DNA of 64,000 nt, from positions 31,416-95,415 of the forward strand of contig OY282494.1 in the NCBI GenBank assembly GCA_958296385.1, given 5' to 3'. The notes beneath the pieces were generated by a model. It had not been told where the DNA came from. It did no database searches and saw only the letters and a list, made by a program, of their open reading frames with translations. The position numbers were made by a program, and so were the translations under genes. The stretch comes from an uncultured Dehalococcoidia bacterium. Lineage in GTDB: Bacteria > Chloroflexota > Dehalococcoidia > Lucifugimonadales > UBA3495. Positions 17,106 to 25,875 of this stretch are shown here, piece by piece; the first letter of the stretch is position 1, and each line of letters opens with the position of its first letter.

Positions 17106-17112
17106 GCCCCCT

Positions 17113-17670
17113 ATGGTTACCGACAACGTTACTGCCAACGATGCCGTCGCCCGGCTGCTTTTGCGGCAGGACGTTGAGGCGTTTCTGTACCACGAGGCCA
17201 ACCTGCTGGACGAGCGGCAGTACGATGACTGGCTGGACTTGCTCACCGACGACGTGCGCTACTGGGTGCCGATGCGCCGCAACGTCAAGTTCGGCGAGCT
17301 GGAGCGCGAGTTCACCCGCGAGGGGCAGGACATCAACTGGTTTGACGAGGGCAAGCCCACGCTAATCCAGCGTGTGCAGCAAATCCAGACCGGCGTACAC
17401 TGGGCCGAGGAACCCTTATCCCGCCTGGCCCATCTGGTGACCAACGTGGAGATTACGGACGTACAGCCCGACGCCGCCGACGCCGGCGAAGTGTCGCTGC
17501 GCTGCCGTTTCATCATCTACCGCAACCGGGTGCAAACCGAAACCGACATCCTGGTAGGCCGCCGCGAGGACACCCTGCGCCGGGAGGACGGCCAATGGCG
17601 CATCGCCCGCCGCAAAGTCCTCCTTGACCAGAACGTGCTGCTGGCCAAAAACCTGACCTTTTTCTTTTAA
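17113..17670 (+). CDS. Ring-hydroxylating dioxygenase beta subunit (SnoaL-like fold)
   Basis: ...EAFLYHEANLLDERQYDDWLDLLTDDVRYWVP... It starts 8 nt after the alpha subunit stop. Confidence 0.85.
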   Translation: MVTDNVTANDAVARLLLRQDVEAFLYHEANLLDERQYDDWLDLLTDDVRYWVPMRRNVKFGELEREFTREGQDINWFDEGKPTLIQRVQQIQTGVHWAEEPLSRLAHLVTNVEITDVQPDAADAGEVSLRCRFIIYRNRVQTETDILVGRREDTLRREDGQWRIARRKVLLDQNVLLAKNLTFFF

Positions 17671-17696
17671 CCTGCGCGTTTTCAGGTGATACCGAC

Positions 17697-17900
17697 ATGG
17701 CCGACATCGTGAACCTTATGGAGCTGGAATCCGGCCAGGCGGTGCGTCTTGACAACGACGCCACTGCCGAAATCGTGTCCAACCCCGGCGATGGCGTCTG
17801 GCTGTTCGTCCGCTACCTCTCCCACCCCGACGACCCGGCGCAGGTTGGCGTAGAAGACATGGTGTTCGCCCAGGTCATAACCGAAGTCCTCAGCGAGTAA
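17697..17900 (+). CDS. Hypothetical small protein (67 aa)
   Basis: ORF in the operon position after the dioxygenase, with acidic non-shadow composition. No family recognised. Confidence 0.4.
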   Translation: MADIVNLMELESGQAVRLDNDATAEIVSNPGDGVWLFVRYLSHPDDPAQVGVEDMVFAQVITEVLSE

Positions 17901-17905
17901 GCATC

Positions 17906-18172
17906 GTGTCCGGCAATCGCAACACCACCGCATCAATTGACCGGGGCGCCGGTGACCGGGGCGCCGGCGACTTGCCCACCGGCGCCGAAGTGCTGGCCGC
18001 CCTGCGCGCCGGCTACCGGGCCATCGATGACGGCTACGGTTTCTACGCCGGTTTCAACGGCTGGCTGGAATCCCTGGGCTACCGCCGGCAAGACGACCGG
18101 CCCTGCACCTGCCCCGACCACGGCTATCGCGGCCACCTGCCCGAATGTCGCTGGATAAAAGAATCGCAATAA
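17906..18172 (+). CDS. Hypothetical small protein (88 aa) with DRGAG duplication and Cys/His cluster
   Basis: GTG start. The C-terminus reads CTCPDHGYRGHLPEC. No family recognised. Confidence 0.4.
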   Translation: MSGNRNTTASIDRGAGDRGAGDLPTGAEVLAALRAGYRAIDDGYGFYAGFNGWLESLGYRRQDDRPCTCPDHGYRGHLPECRWIKESQ

Positions 18173-18215
18173 AACAATCGCATCCCCTAACTTGGCAACA
18201 CGGAGAACATTCACA

Positions 18216-19025
18216 ATGTCGCAGGAAATGGTTGACTTGATGGAAACGGTGTGGCAGTCCATCGCCGCGCTGTGCGCCGACTTCACCGATGAGCAATGGA
18301 CGGTCGCCACGGAATGTCCGGGCTGGACGGTGCAGGACCAGGTATCGCACCTGGTAGGCAGCGAGTGCCGCCTGCTGGGCCGCCCCGCGCCGGAACACGA
18401 ACCGTCCGACACCTCCCACGTCCGCAACGAAGTCGGGCAGAGCAACGAAGTGCTGGTTGACTACCGCCGGCAGTTCCGGGGCGCCGACATCCTGGCCGAG
18501 TTCCGGGAAATCACCGCCGAACGGCTGGCCATCCTGCGGGCCATGACCGCCGACGACTTCGCCGCCGAAACCGACAACCCCCTGGGCCGCGGCCCCTACA
18601 CCGACCTGCTGGCCGTCCGCATCTACGACGCCTGGGTGCACGAACAGGACATCCGCCGCGCCCTGAACATCCCCGGCCACCTGAGCGGCCCGGTAGCCCA
18701 GCACGCCTACGGCCGCACCGCAATGGCAATGCCCTTCGTAGTAGGCCGCAAAGTAAAGCCCGACGACGCCACCACCACAGTATTCGAAATAACCGGCGAA
18801 ACCGGCGGCACAATAGCCCTCAACATGGAAGGCGGCCGCGCCCACCGACTGGAAACCACCCCCGCATCACCCACCACCCGATTGACTATGGATTTGACTG
18901 CATTCAACGCCCTGGGCACCGGCCGCTGGGCCGCCGAACACGCTTTGGCCAGCGGCGCAGTTACGATAGCGGGGGATGCTGCGCTGGGAGAGCGGATAGT
19001 GGGGGAAATGAACTTTATGATTTAA
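18216..19025 (+). CDS. DinB-like / maleylpyruvate isomerase N-terminal domain family protein
   Basis: ...FTDEQWTVATECPGWTVQDQVSHLVG...VRIYDAWVHEQDIRRAL. RBS GGAGA lies before ATG 18216. Confidence 0.7.
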   Translation: MSQEMVDLMETVWQSIAALCADFTDEQWTVATECPGWTVQDQVSHLVGSECRLLGRPAPEHEPSDTSHVRNEVGQSNEVLVDYRRQFRGADILAEFREITAERLAILRAMTADDFAAETDNPLGRGPYTDLLAVRIYDAWVHEQDIRRALNIPGHLSGPVAQHAYGRTAMAMPFVVGRKVKPDDATTTVFEITGETGGTIALNMEGGRAHRLETTPASPTTRLTMDLTAFNALGTGRWAAEHALASGAVTIAGDAALGERIVGEMNFMI

Positions 19026-19048
19026 CGGCGTGGGGGTGCCATTTTCCC

Positions 19049-19357
19049 ATGACACTGAAATACGCGGCAGTCTTTGAACGGACGCCCAACAACTACTGCG
19101 CCTACGCTCCCGATTTGCCCGGCTGCATCAGCACCGGCCAAACTTGGGACGAGATGCAGGATAACATCCGGCAAGCAATAGCATTCCACATCGCCGGCAT
19201 CTATGAGGATGGCGATACGGTTCCCGAACCGAAGCTGTCGGTAGCCGAAGCAGCCACATTCCACAACCAAACCACACCCCCCACCGAAAACGGCGCATCA
19301 GAGCTGATAGCAGTCATAGCCGTTGAAGTCAGTGCCAACCCTGAACCGGCGGCATAA
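19049..19357 (+). CDS. HicB-fold (UPF0150) protein
   Basis: YAAVFERTPNNYCAYAPDLPGCISTGQTWDEMQDNIRQAIAFHI. No C-terminal DNA-binding domain and no adjacent HicA. Confidence 0.7.
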   Translation: MTLKYAAVFERTPNNYCAYAPDLPGCISTGQTWDEMQDNIRQAIAFHIAGIYEDGDTVPEPKLSVAEAATFHNQTTPPTENGASELIAVIAVEVSANPEPAA

Positions 19358-19373
19358 GTGCAGGAGGCCAACC

Positions 19374-19694
19374 ATGACGCATAACGATGGCCCATACGAA
19401 GTCATCCTAATCAATTCCGGCGCCGGCTACGCAGCCCTCTGCCCCGGCATACCCGGCGCAATCTCTCAAGGCGCCGACCGTTCGGATGCGCTGGCGATGA
19501 TAGCCGATGCAATGGCAATGGTCATCATTCACCCGCTGCCCGGCGATGACACCGCAGCCCGCCGCCGGGAACAACGCAATTACGGCAAAACCCGCATCCG
19601 AGAACTTGCCGCGGAATGTAAGCAAGAGGGCCGGGAATACGAGATTTGCGAGGTGACGCCGCATCTGATAAGTCCGCCAGTATCGGAGGTATAG
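19374..19694 (+). CDS. HicB-fold (UPF0150)-like protein, second tandem copy
   Basis: YEVILINSGAGYAALCPGIPGAISQGADRSDALAMIADAM. RBS AGGAGG lies before ATG 19374. Confidence 0.6.
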   Translation: MTHNDGPYEVILINSGAGYAALCPGIPGAISQGADRSDALAMIADAMAMVIIHPLPGDDTAARRREQRNYGKTRIRELAAECKQEGREYEICEVTPHLISPPVSEV

Positions 19695-19741
19695 CCGGTG
19701 TAGCCGTATATTCCCCGGAGTCAGTACACGGGAAGTGGCAA

Positions 19742-19770
19742 TTGCAGGTATTGGTAGCGGCATTTACAAT
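19742..19770 (+). promoter_or_regulatory. Putative promoter TTGCAG-17-TACAAT
   Basis: Near-consensus hexamers ~20 nt upstream of ATG 19790, with its RBS GGAAGGTGA. Confidence 0.45.
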
Positions 19771-19789
19771 GTAATTAGGAAGGTGAAGT

Positions 19790-20599
19790 ATGTGCACGTA
19801 CAAAGGAAACGTCGGCCACCTGATGCAGCACTGGACACTCTGCGAACTGCTGGTCGCTGCAAGCGGGCACACATCAGGGTTGAGTTTCATTGACGCTCAC
19901 GCAATGGCGCCGTTGGCTCGCGAGAGGCAAAACGATGATGCCCGGTTCACCCGCGCGGAAGGTCGTTTGCCGAATCGCCGTGAGTCAGCCTACGAGCGGG
20001 CGTGGCATCATCTAGCACCAAACGGCGGGTATCCTAATAGCGCAGCTTTCGTTGAAAGGGTCTGGGAACGCGATTTCTCGCTGTTGTTGTGCGAGACAGA
20101 CGCTTTGACTATTGAGGAGCTCCGGCCTTGGTGTCAACGTGTTCGTAGGCTGGCGAGGTGCCAAACGGTCGAGCTGTTCCGAGGTGATTGGCGGGGAAGG
20201 TTCGGAAATGGGCTGCCGAGCCCCGCTGAAACGGGGTTGGCTGATGGGTCGCTAACGTTGGTCTCATTCGATCCGTATATGTACAACAAACGCCGGGGCG
20301 CCAATCAACATGAGGGAAATGTCTATCCAGAAGATATAGAGCTAGCGATGCGTGCAATGGACGGTCTGAAAGATGGCATTCTCATGCAGCTATCCACATA
20401 CTCGGCGAATGATGGCAACGCGCAAGGAGCCGCGATTGCATCAGTGAACTCGATTTTGAGACTAAATAATTTCTCATTAGTCGCGGTAGTACGGGTTGAC
20501 GGAAATATGATGTCTTTGGTTTATGAGCGCAATGTCCCGTGGGCCGCTGACTTGACAGATCTGCCCACTCGCTTCGATACGTGGCTTTCGGAAGTCTAA
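19790..20599 (+). CDS. Divergent RlmJ-like (N6-adenine methyltransferase fold) protein
   Basis: Collinear by eye with E. coli RlmJ landmarks: GNVGHLMQH (vs GNHADVLKH), FIDAHAMAP (vs LDTHAGAG), YPNSAAF (vs YPGSPLI), SFDPYMY (vs IDPPYE). Lies in a lower-GC islet. Confidence 0.5.
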   Translation: MCTYKGNVGHLMQHWTLCELLVAASGHTSGLSFIDAHAMAPLARERQNDDARFTRAEGRLPNRRESAYERAWHHLAPNGGYPNSAAFVERVWERDFSLLLCETDALTIEELRPWCQRVRRLARCQTVELFRGDWRGRFGNGLPSPAETGLADGSLTLVSFDPYMYNKRRGANQHEGNVYPEDIELAMRAMDGLKDGILMQLSTYSANDGNAQGAAIASVNSILRLNNFSLVAVVRVDGNMMSLVYERNVPWAADLTDLPTRFDTWLSEV

Positions 20600-20675
20600 C
20601 CATGTTGGCAGTCGTCCAAAACCTGCTACAACCAAACCACCCAAAGCGGAACGCTATCGCGGTGGGAAGGCGGTG

Positions 20676-20704
20676 TTGACTGCTATCGCTGTGGGGCATA
20701 GGAT
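20676..20704 (+). promoter_or_regulatory. Putative promoter TTGACT-17-TAGGAT
   Basis: Located ~37 nt upstream of the aldolase ATG. Confidence 0.4.
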
Positions 20705-20740
20705 TTGGGCAGACGGATGTTATGAGAGGAGTGTTGTGCT

Positions 20741-21517
20741 ATGCGCGAGAATACTATGAAGCGGAAGTTGGCGGCGGGGCAGCCTGTTTTTGGCTCGATG
20801 ATTACCTTTCCATCGGCGGCCGTTGTGGAGATGCTGGGGTTTCTGGGGTATGACTGGGTGCTTATTGACAACGAGCATGGCAGCATTACCGTTGACCTGG
20901 CCGAGGATATGATTCGCGCTGCCGAATATTCCGGCACTGCGCCGATCGTGCGTCCGGTGGGCAACCGCCCGGAGATTATTGCGCCTTTTCTGGACCGGGG
21001 CGCCTGGGGCGTGCAAGTCCCTCACGTGAACACCGCCGACGAAGCGCGGGCCGCCGTGTCCGCCGTCAAGTATTATCCCGATGGCGAGCGCGGCCTGTTC
21101 AGCGGCGGCCGTCCGGCGGAGTACGGGTTCAGCGGGTCAACGCCGGATTACGTCGCATCCGCCAACCGCAACACGCTGGTATGCCTGATGCTGGAGGAAG
21201 TGGAAGCCATCGAGAACATCCCCGAGCTGGTGAAAGTTCCCGGCGTGGACGTCTATTTCATCGGCGCCGGCGACCTCTCGCAGAGCATGGGCTACCCCGG
21301 CCAGCAGACGCATCCCGAAGTGCAGGCGCTGGTGGAGCGGGGCGTGCAGCAGATTGCCGACGCCGGCATCACCGCCGGGTGCAGCTGCCCCGACAACCTG
21401 GTTCCCCACTACCTGGAGCTGGGCGTCCGCTACTTCCACAACACGGTTGGCCGCCTGCTCCAGTCGGCCAGCGCAGACTATCTCAAAACCATGCGGGCCG
21501 CCGCCGACGGGGTATAG
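20741..21517 (+). CDS. HpcH/HpaI family aldolase
   Basis: ...KLAAGQPVFGSMITFPSAAVVEMLGFLGYDWVLIDNEHG...VQVPHVNTADEA.... Confidence 0.85.
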   Translation: MRENTMKRKLAAGQPVFGSMITFPSAAVVEMLGFLGYDWVLIDNEHGSITVDLAEDMIRAAEYSGTAPIVRPVGNRPEIIAPFLDRGAWGVQVPHVNTADEARAAVSAVKYYPDGERGLFSGGRPAEYGFSGSTPDYVASANRNTLVCLMLEEVEAIENIPELVKVPGVDVYFIGAGDLSQSMGYPGQQTHPEVQALVERGVQQIADAGITAGCSCPDNLVPHYLELGVRYFHNTVGRLLQSASADYLKTMRAAADGV

Positions 21518-21580
21518 CCGTCGGATTGAACGCTATCACACAGTCACCATCCGGCCCGAACCAGCAGGAGGCGATACGCT

Positions 21581-22165
21581 ATGACCAGTCCGGTTGACTC
21601 CAATCAGATTTGCCTGACCGGGGAGAACTCTTTTATCCGGCTGTCGCCCGCCGCTGGCGAGGCCAGCACGACCCGGGCCAGCCATTGGCGCGTCCTGTGG
21701 TCGCCGGCCGGGCCGGGTCACGCTTTGTTTCTGAAAAGCGACCAGCTGGGCGACAATCCGATTCGGGTCTATTCCGACAACATCGCCCTCACCCGCTATC
21801 TACAGCAGGAAATCGAAACCCACCTGTTCCCGGAGTTTGCCGACGCCGCTCTGCCGGTGATTGCGGCTGAGTTCAGCAAGACCGGCAACGTGGCGTATTT
21901 CTGGAACGAAAAGGTGGCGGCGGAGGGCGAATCGGTAGTACTGACCTGGTACGATTTGCTGACGCCGTTCCTGTTGAACGTAGCGGCGGGCAGCGTGGCA
22001 GGACGGCCGCACGGCGTGTACAGCTGCTTCATTCCCGCCCGCAGCGCGCAACTCACCGTGGGCGGGCAGCCGCTGTCGGGCGTGGTATCGCCGGAAACGC
22101 GCGGCCAATTCCAAAGCAGCTCGGCCTGCATCGCCTGGTCGGAAACCTGGTTCAAGCCGTACTGA
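21581..22165 (+). CDS. Hypothetical protein (194 aa)
   Basis: Strong RBS AGGAGG and non-shadow composition. No family recognised. Confidence 0.5.
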   Translation: MTSPVDSNQICLTGENSFIRLSPAAGEASTTRASHWRVLWSPAGPGHALFLKSDQLGDNPIRVYSDNIALTRYLQQEIETHLFPEFADAALPVIAAEFSKTGNVAYFWNEKVAAEGESVVLTWYDLLTPFLLNVAAGSVAGRPHGVYSCFIPARSAQLTVGGQPLSGVVSPETRGQFQSSSACIAWSETWFKPY

Positions 22166-22196
22166 GCTACCGCAATGAGCTAACCCGGATGCCAGG

Positions 22197-23822
22197 CTAC
22201 TCGCTGCCCGGAATCTGCAAGCGGGCGATTGCGCCGTCGATGTACAGCAGGCGCAGCGCTTGCAGGGCGATGGCGGCCAGCTGGCGCGCCGGTTCGGGTT
22301 CCAGTTCCCGGCACAGGCCGGATACGACGTCGCTCACGGTGGCCGCGCCGTCCAGCCGGGCTACCAGAGCGGCGACGACTGCGCTGCACGGCAGTCCCTC
22401 CGGATGCCCGTCGGTGACCAGGCCGTAGCCCCATTCGAACGTCGCGCCGGATAGCACCGGCTGGCGCTGGACGCGCACGCCCGGAGCCAGCACGGGGCGG
22501 GCCGGCAGCAGCGCATCCGTTGCCGATGTCCGGGCCAGGTCGTTCAGCCATTGTTCCCGGCGGGCGCGTTCTCGCTCCACCGTCGCTACGCTGTCGCCAA
22601 AGGCCGCCGGGGCCAGACCCCGGTCCAGCACGGCGCGCTCGTACCCCCGGGGCGGCTGGCCGGCCACCGCCTGGATAAACGACTGCCGGGGCGTCAACGA
22701 CGCATCATCATCCAGCAGACGGCGCGCCTCCCAGAAGTAGGAATCGGCGGTGCGGTTGCTGGAATAGAACAGCCGGGCCATCTCCCGAAAGTGTCCATAC
22801 TCCTTATAGTAGAGCTGCTGATACACGCGCCCCGCCGGGCCGGCGATGCTGGGGTCGGCCAGGGCGGAGGTTACGGCGGCGGCGGCCAGCGTTGCGGAAG
22901 TGAGGGCCAGATGCACGCCGGACGAGAATAGCGGGTCGATAAAGCAGGCGGCATCGCCCACCAGTATGTAGCCGGGGCCGGACAGCGATTCGCAGCGATA
23001 CGACCAATCGCGCACCACCTGCACATCGGACGCCGGCCGGGCGGCGGCCAGCAGTCCGGCGGTGTGCGGCGCAGCGGCGATTTGCGATTCCAGAAAGCGA
23101 CGGGCGCCCAGCCGACGGATGCCGTCCTGCCCGCTGGCGGCGTCCACCACCGCGCCGACGCTGGCCCAGCCGTCCCGCAGCGGGATGCTCCAGAGCCAGC
23201 CGCCCGGCTGGGATTCAATCAGGATGTTGCCCGCGTCCGGTTCCGGCAGGCGCTGGCCGCCCTGGAAGTAGCCGAACACCGCCAGGTTGCGAAAGAAGTC
23301 ATCCCACTGCCGCAGCCCCAACTGGCGGGAAAGCAGCCCGCCCTGGCCACTGGCATCCACGACGAACTGCGCCGGCAGGACGTCCGGCCCGGCGCGCACG
23401 GCGATGGCGGTTCCGGCGGCGTCAAACTCAACGGCGGTAGCCGGACACCCCTCGCGCACGTCCACTCCGGAGCGGCGGGCGTTGTCCAGCAAAATGGCGT
23501 CAAACTCGGGGCGCCACACCTGATAAGAATGAGGGTTGCGGACGTTGGTTTCGCTGAAATACCAGCTCCACGGCGTCGAGTCGGTTCCCCAAACCATAGT
23601 AGCGCCGCGCTTGCGCACAAACCCCGCCCCCTCCACCGCACCCAGCACGCCCAAATCATCCAGGATAGGAATACTGGCCGGCAGCAGCGACTCACCCACA
23701 TGAGCCCGCGGAAACCGCTCCCGCTCCAGCAACACAACCGAATGACCCCGCCGGGCCAACAGTGCGCTGACGCAAGAGCCGGCGGGGCCGCCGCCGATAA
23801 CGATGATGGGGGCGTTAGACAT
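22197..23822 (-). CDS. FAD-dependent halogenase-like oxidoreductase
   Basis: Motifs GGGPAG, FPRAHVGESLLP, KRGATMVWG, the WxWxIP motif (GWLWSIPL) and FIDPLFSSGVH. It also carries a ~130-aa C-terminal extension. Confidence 0.75.
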   Translation of the reverse strand: MSNAPIIVIGGGPAGSCVSALLARRGHSVVLLERERFPRAHVGESLLPASIPILDDLGVLGAVEGAGFVRKRGATMVWGTDSTPWSWYFSETNVRNPHSYQVWRPEFDAILLDNARRSGVDVREGCPATAVEFDAAGTAIAVRAGPDVLPAQFVVDASGQGGLLSRQLGLRQWDDFFRNLAVFGYFQGGQRLPEPDAGNILIESQPGGWLWSIPLRDGWASVGAVVDAASGQDGIRRLGARRFLESQIAAAPHTAGLLAAARPASDVQVVRDWSYRCESLSGPGYILVGDAACFIDPLFSSGVHLALTSATLAAAAVTSALADPSIAGPAGRVYQQLYYKEYGHFREMARLFYSSNRTADSYFWEARRLLDDDASLTPRQSFIQAVAGQPPRGYERAVLDRGLAPAAFGDSVATVERERARREQWLNDLARTSATDALLPARPVLAPGVRVQRQPVLSGATFEWGYGLVTDGHPEGLPCSAVVAALVARLDGAATVSDVVSGLCRELEPEPARQLAAIALQALRLLYIDGAIARLQIPGSE

Positions 23823-24011
23823 TAGCGGAGCACATTACGCTTGTGCGGTATATCTGCGCAACAATCATTCCTACAATCCGCTACCTTCTGCGACGATTCG
23901 TTCCGGATTCTCGCCGCGATAGAGGGTGCGGTTAGCGAAGTTTGGGGCGGGCATGGAGAGTCCTGTCTAATGGGGGTTGCGGCAACGCCTCCGACAACTA
24001 AGGTACACGGG

Positions 24012-24545
24012 CTAACTACCTTGAAACATACCGCTATACCCTTCCGAGGCAGGTTCGCCCAATCGCTCGACAAGAAGCGTACAAATCGTCATTCCTGCTT
24101 TCAACCGAACCCGCCACGGGCCAAGGTTGAATATCTCTAAGGTGATATGGTTGTGGAACCCTGGATCAATCTTGGGAGCGGTGATATGTACACCTATGCC
24201 CAATCGGGCCAGACGGCTTCTGCCTTCAACTCGCCCTGATAGATACAAAGGCAACCGGACGGTTTCAAGCGTTTGTCCAATGACAAAATGACCGGGAAGG
24301 AAGTCCCAACCGTCGGATATGTCCGTCTCTTCTGAGTAACCGCGCAACAAGCGCGAAACGTCCAACTCCGCCTCGGGATCAACGATAATCCCATCGACGG
24401 GTGAGCTGCGCTGCAATAGCAATGTGGAGTCCAGCCGTAAGTCAATTGAAGCCGGCTGTATGCAGCCGCTGCCAGGGTCAAACGGGTCAATTCCGAGCTC
24501 GCCGGATGCGATTACATCCCTGATTTCGTTATTTGACAGTAGCAT
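24012..24545 (-). CDS. dcd: dCTP deaminase family protein (short, 177 aa)
   Basis: ...IQPASIDLRL...GRSRLARLGIGVH...HITLEIFN... Lies in a lower-GC islet. Confidence 0.8.
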   Translation of the reverse strand: MLLSNNEIRDVIASGELGIDPFDPGSGCIQPASIDLRLDSTLLLQRSSPVDGIIVDPEAELDVSRLLRGYSEETDISDGWDFLPGHFVIGQTLETVRLPLYLSGRVEGRSRLARLGIGVHITAPKIDPGFHNHITLEIFNLGPWRVRLKAGMTICTLLVERLGEPASEGYSGMFQGS

Positions 24546-24588
24546 AGTTGCTTACATCCACGGGCACGGCCGAGGAGAATACAAGGCG

Positions 24589-24930
24589 TCACTCGAACAG
24601 CAGTCCGGCGAGCCTGTCCTCTGGTATACGCCAGGTCGTGGCCCCATCGTTGCCCACCGGCAAGGCGATGAGGGCCAGGTTTCCGAGGCGTCCTACGCGC
24701 TGGGCCAGCACGTACTGATAGCCTTCGCCCAAGGTGTGGGTGGGAACCCAGGCCGAATACCGGCTGTCACCGTCGTACACGACAATCGCTGCCTCATGCT
24801 CCAGCGGGTGTATTGCCACAGCATCGGGGGCAAGCCTGATTTTGAGGTCGACGCGGTTCTCAGATTCGGTAACCAATTGCGCCACTTTTTTGCTCCTTGT
24901 GTTTTGGTAATCGCATCGTATGGCAATCAA
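24589..24930 (-). CDS. Hypothetical protein (113 aa) upstream of dcd-like gene
   Basis: ORF on the same strand, 43 nt from the dcd start, with lower GC. No family recognised. Confidence 0.45.
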   Translation of the reverse strand: MIAIRCDYQNTRSKKVAQLVTESENRVDLKIRLAPDAVAIHPLEHEAAIVVYDGDSRYSAWVPTHTLGEGYQYVLAQRVGRLGNLALIALPVGNDGATTWRIPEDRLAGLLFE

Positions 24931-24982
24931 ACTACCCCGTCAAGCAGGCGGTGTCATCCTAACGCGGCCTAGCGCCATCCCG

Positions 24983-25600
24983 CTACCGATAGTATTGGGA
25001 GAATACGGGTTCTTCGCGGGTTATTATTTTGAGGACGCAGGGTTGGCCGGTGGTGGCGATTTCTTTGGCCCGTTCTATGGCCGGGCCTACTTCGGCTGGG
25101 TCGGTGATGTGTTCGGCGTGGGCGCCCAAGACTTGGGCCATGCGGGCGTATTCGCCGGTTGCGTACTTGCTGCGGCAGGGGCTGATGGGCGCATCGCTGC
25201 TGCCCAGCCGGGGCATCCATTCGGGCCATTCCTGGCGCACCCGGCGAATCTCGGCGGCAGCGGACGCATCGCCGCGCTGTCATTCCGGCCGGGCCCAGCC
25301 GTTCCTTGACCTCATCAACCGGCTAGCCTAACACCAACCGGGCATCGCCAATGATTATCTCGTCCGGCGCAGCTGCGTATAAACCCGCCGCATCAGCTCC
25401 GGTATGCGGTCGGTGTGGTTCACAAAATCGGCCGCTTGGCAACGCCCTGATAGTTCCGGGCCGCAGCGCAATCGGAGGTCATACCGTGCCGCCGGGTTCC
25501 GGGGTGGGCGGGAATCATCATATGTTGGCAAAAGCGGTTTTGCCGTCCGTATAGCATCTCTACAAGAAAGCCGGCGTCCGTGCCGCAATCGTGTTGCCAC
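24983..25600 (-). pseudogene. Deletion-riddled remnant of a ThDP enzyme of the acetolactate-synthase superfamily
   Basis: Fragments appear in order on the minus strand but in different frames. They include ...TDRIPELMRRVYTQLRRTR (end of the PYR domain) and ...VRQEWPEWMPRLGSSDAPISP, fused directly to the C-terminal ...YARMAQVLGAHAEHITDPAEVGPAIERAKEIATTGQPCVLKIITREE. Confidence 0.45.
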
Positions 25601-25733
25601 AGCGGGCCGCCGGCCAGGTTAAATCAGCCCAAGCAGGATATTTTAATCCGAACGGCACAGCAAACGATGCCGGGCGTCGGAATGGCGGCAGCAAAACTGC
25701 CGTTTTGCAATTTTCCGGCTATCGTCAAAATCG

Positions 25734-25763
25734 TTGCATTGTACGTGCCTCAGCGATTATAGT
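25734..25763 (+). promoter_or_regulatory. Putative promoter TTGCAT-18-TATAGT
   Basis: Located upstream of the zinc-ribbon gene, implying a ~105-nt leader. Confidence 0.4.
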
Positions 25764-25875
25764 AGGCTGGTGTTAAGTTGCGCCGGACTGCCTTCCTGGG
25801 TTATGGAAACGCTGGACCCGACGAAACAAAATAATCGAGCACAGCGTCCAACCAGTTTGGCCGGAGGAAAAAATC

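Noticed and set aside
16801-17112. Long N-terminal extension of the dioxygenase beta-subunit ORF in the track. Similar extensions occur at 42774-43232 (Uma2), 39418-39591 (GT-C 3), 44849-45178 (YihY), 31921-32883 (rnc) and 7765-8910 (MOSC).
   Set aside because: The extensions overlap the preceding well-supported genes in another frame, are Pro/Arg/Ala-rich, and are followed by internal ATG/GTG codons with proper ribosome-binding sites.
21563-21585. 15-nt block CAGGAGGCGATACGC immediately before the ATG, identical to the block before ATG 42007
   Set aside because: It is a short match consisting mostly of a strong Shine-Dalgarno sequence plus spacer. The flanks diverge quickly, so it is most simply coincidence or a favoured translation-initiation context and is not a repeat element.
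25686-25712. Small hairpin GGCAG-caaaa-CTGCC followed by GTTTTGCAATTTT, resembling an intrinsic terminator
   Set aside because: The stem is only 5 bp and there is no intact upstream + strand gene to terminate. It lies in the decayed-gene region.
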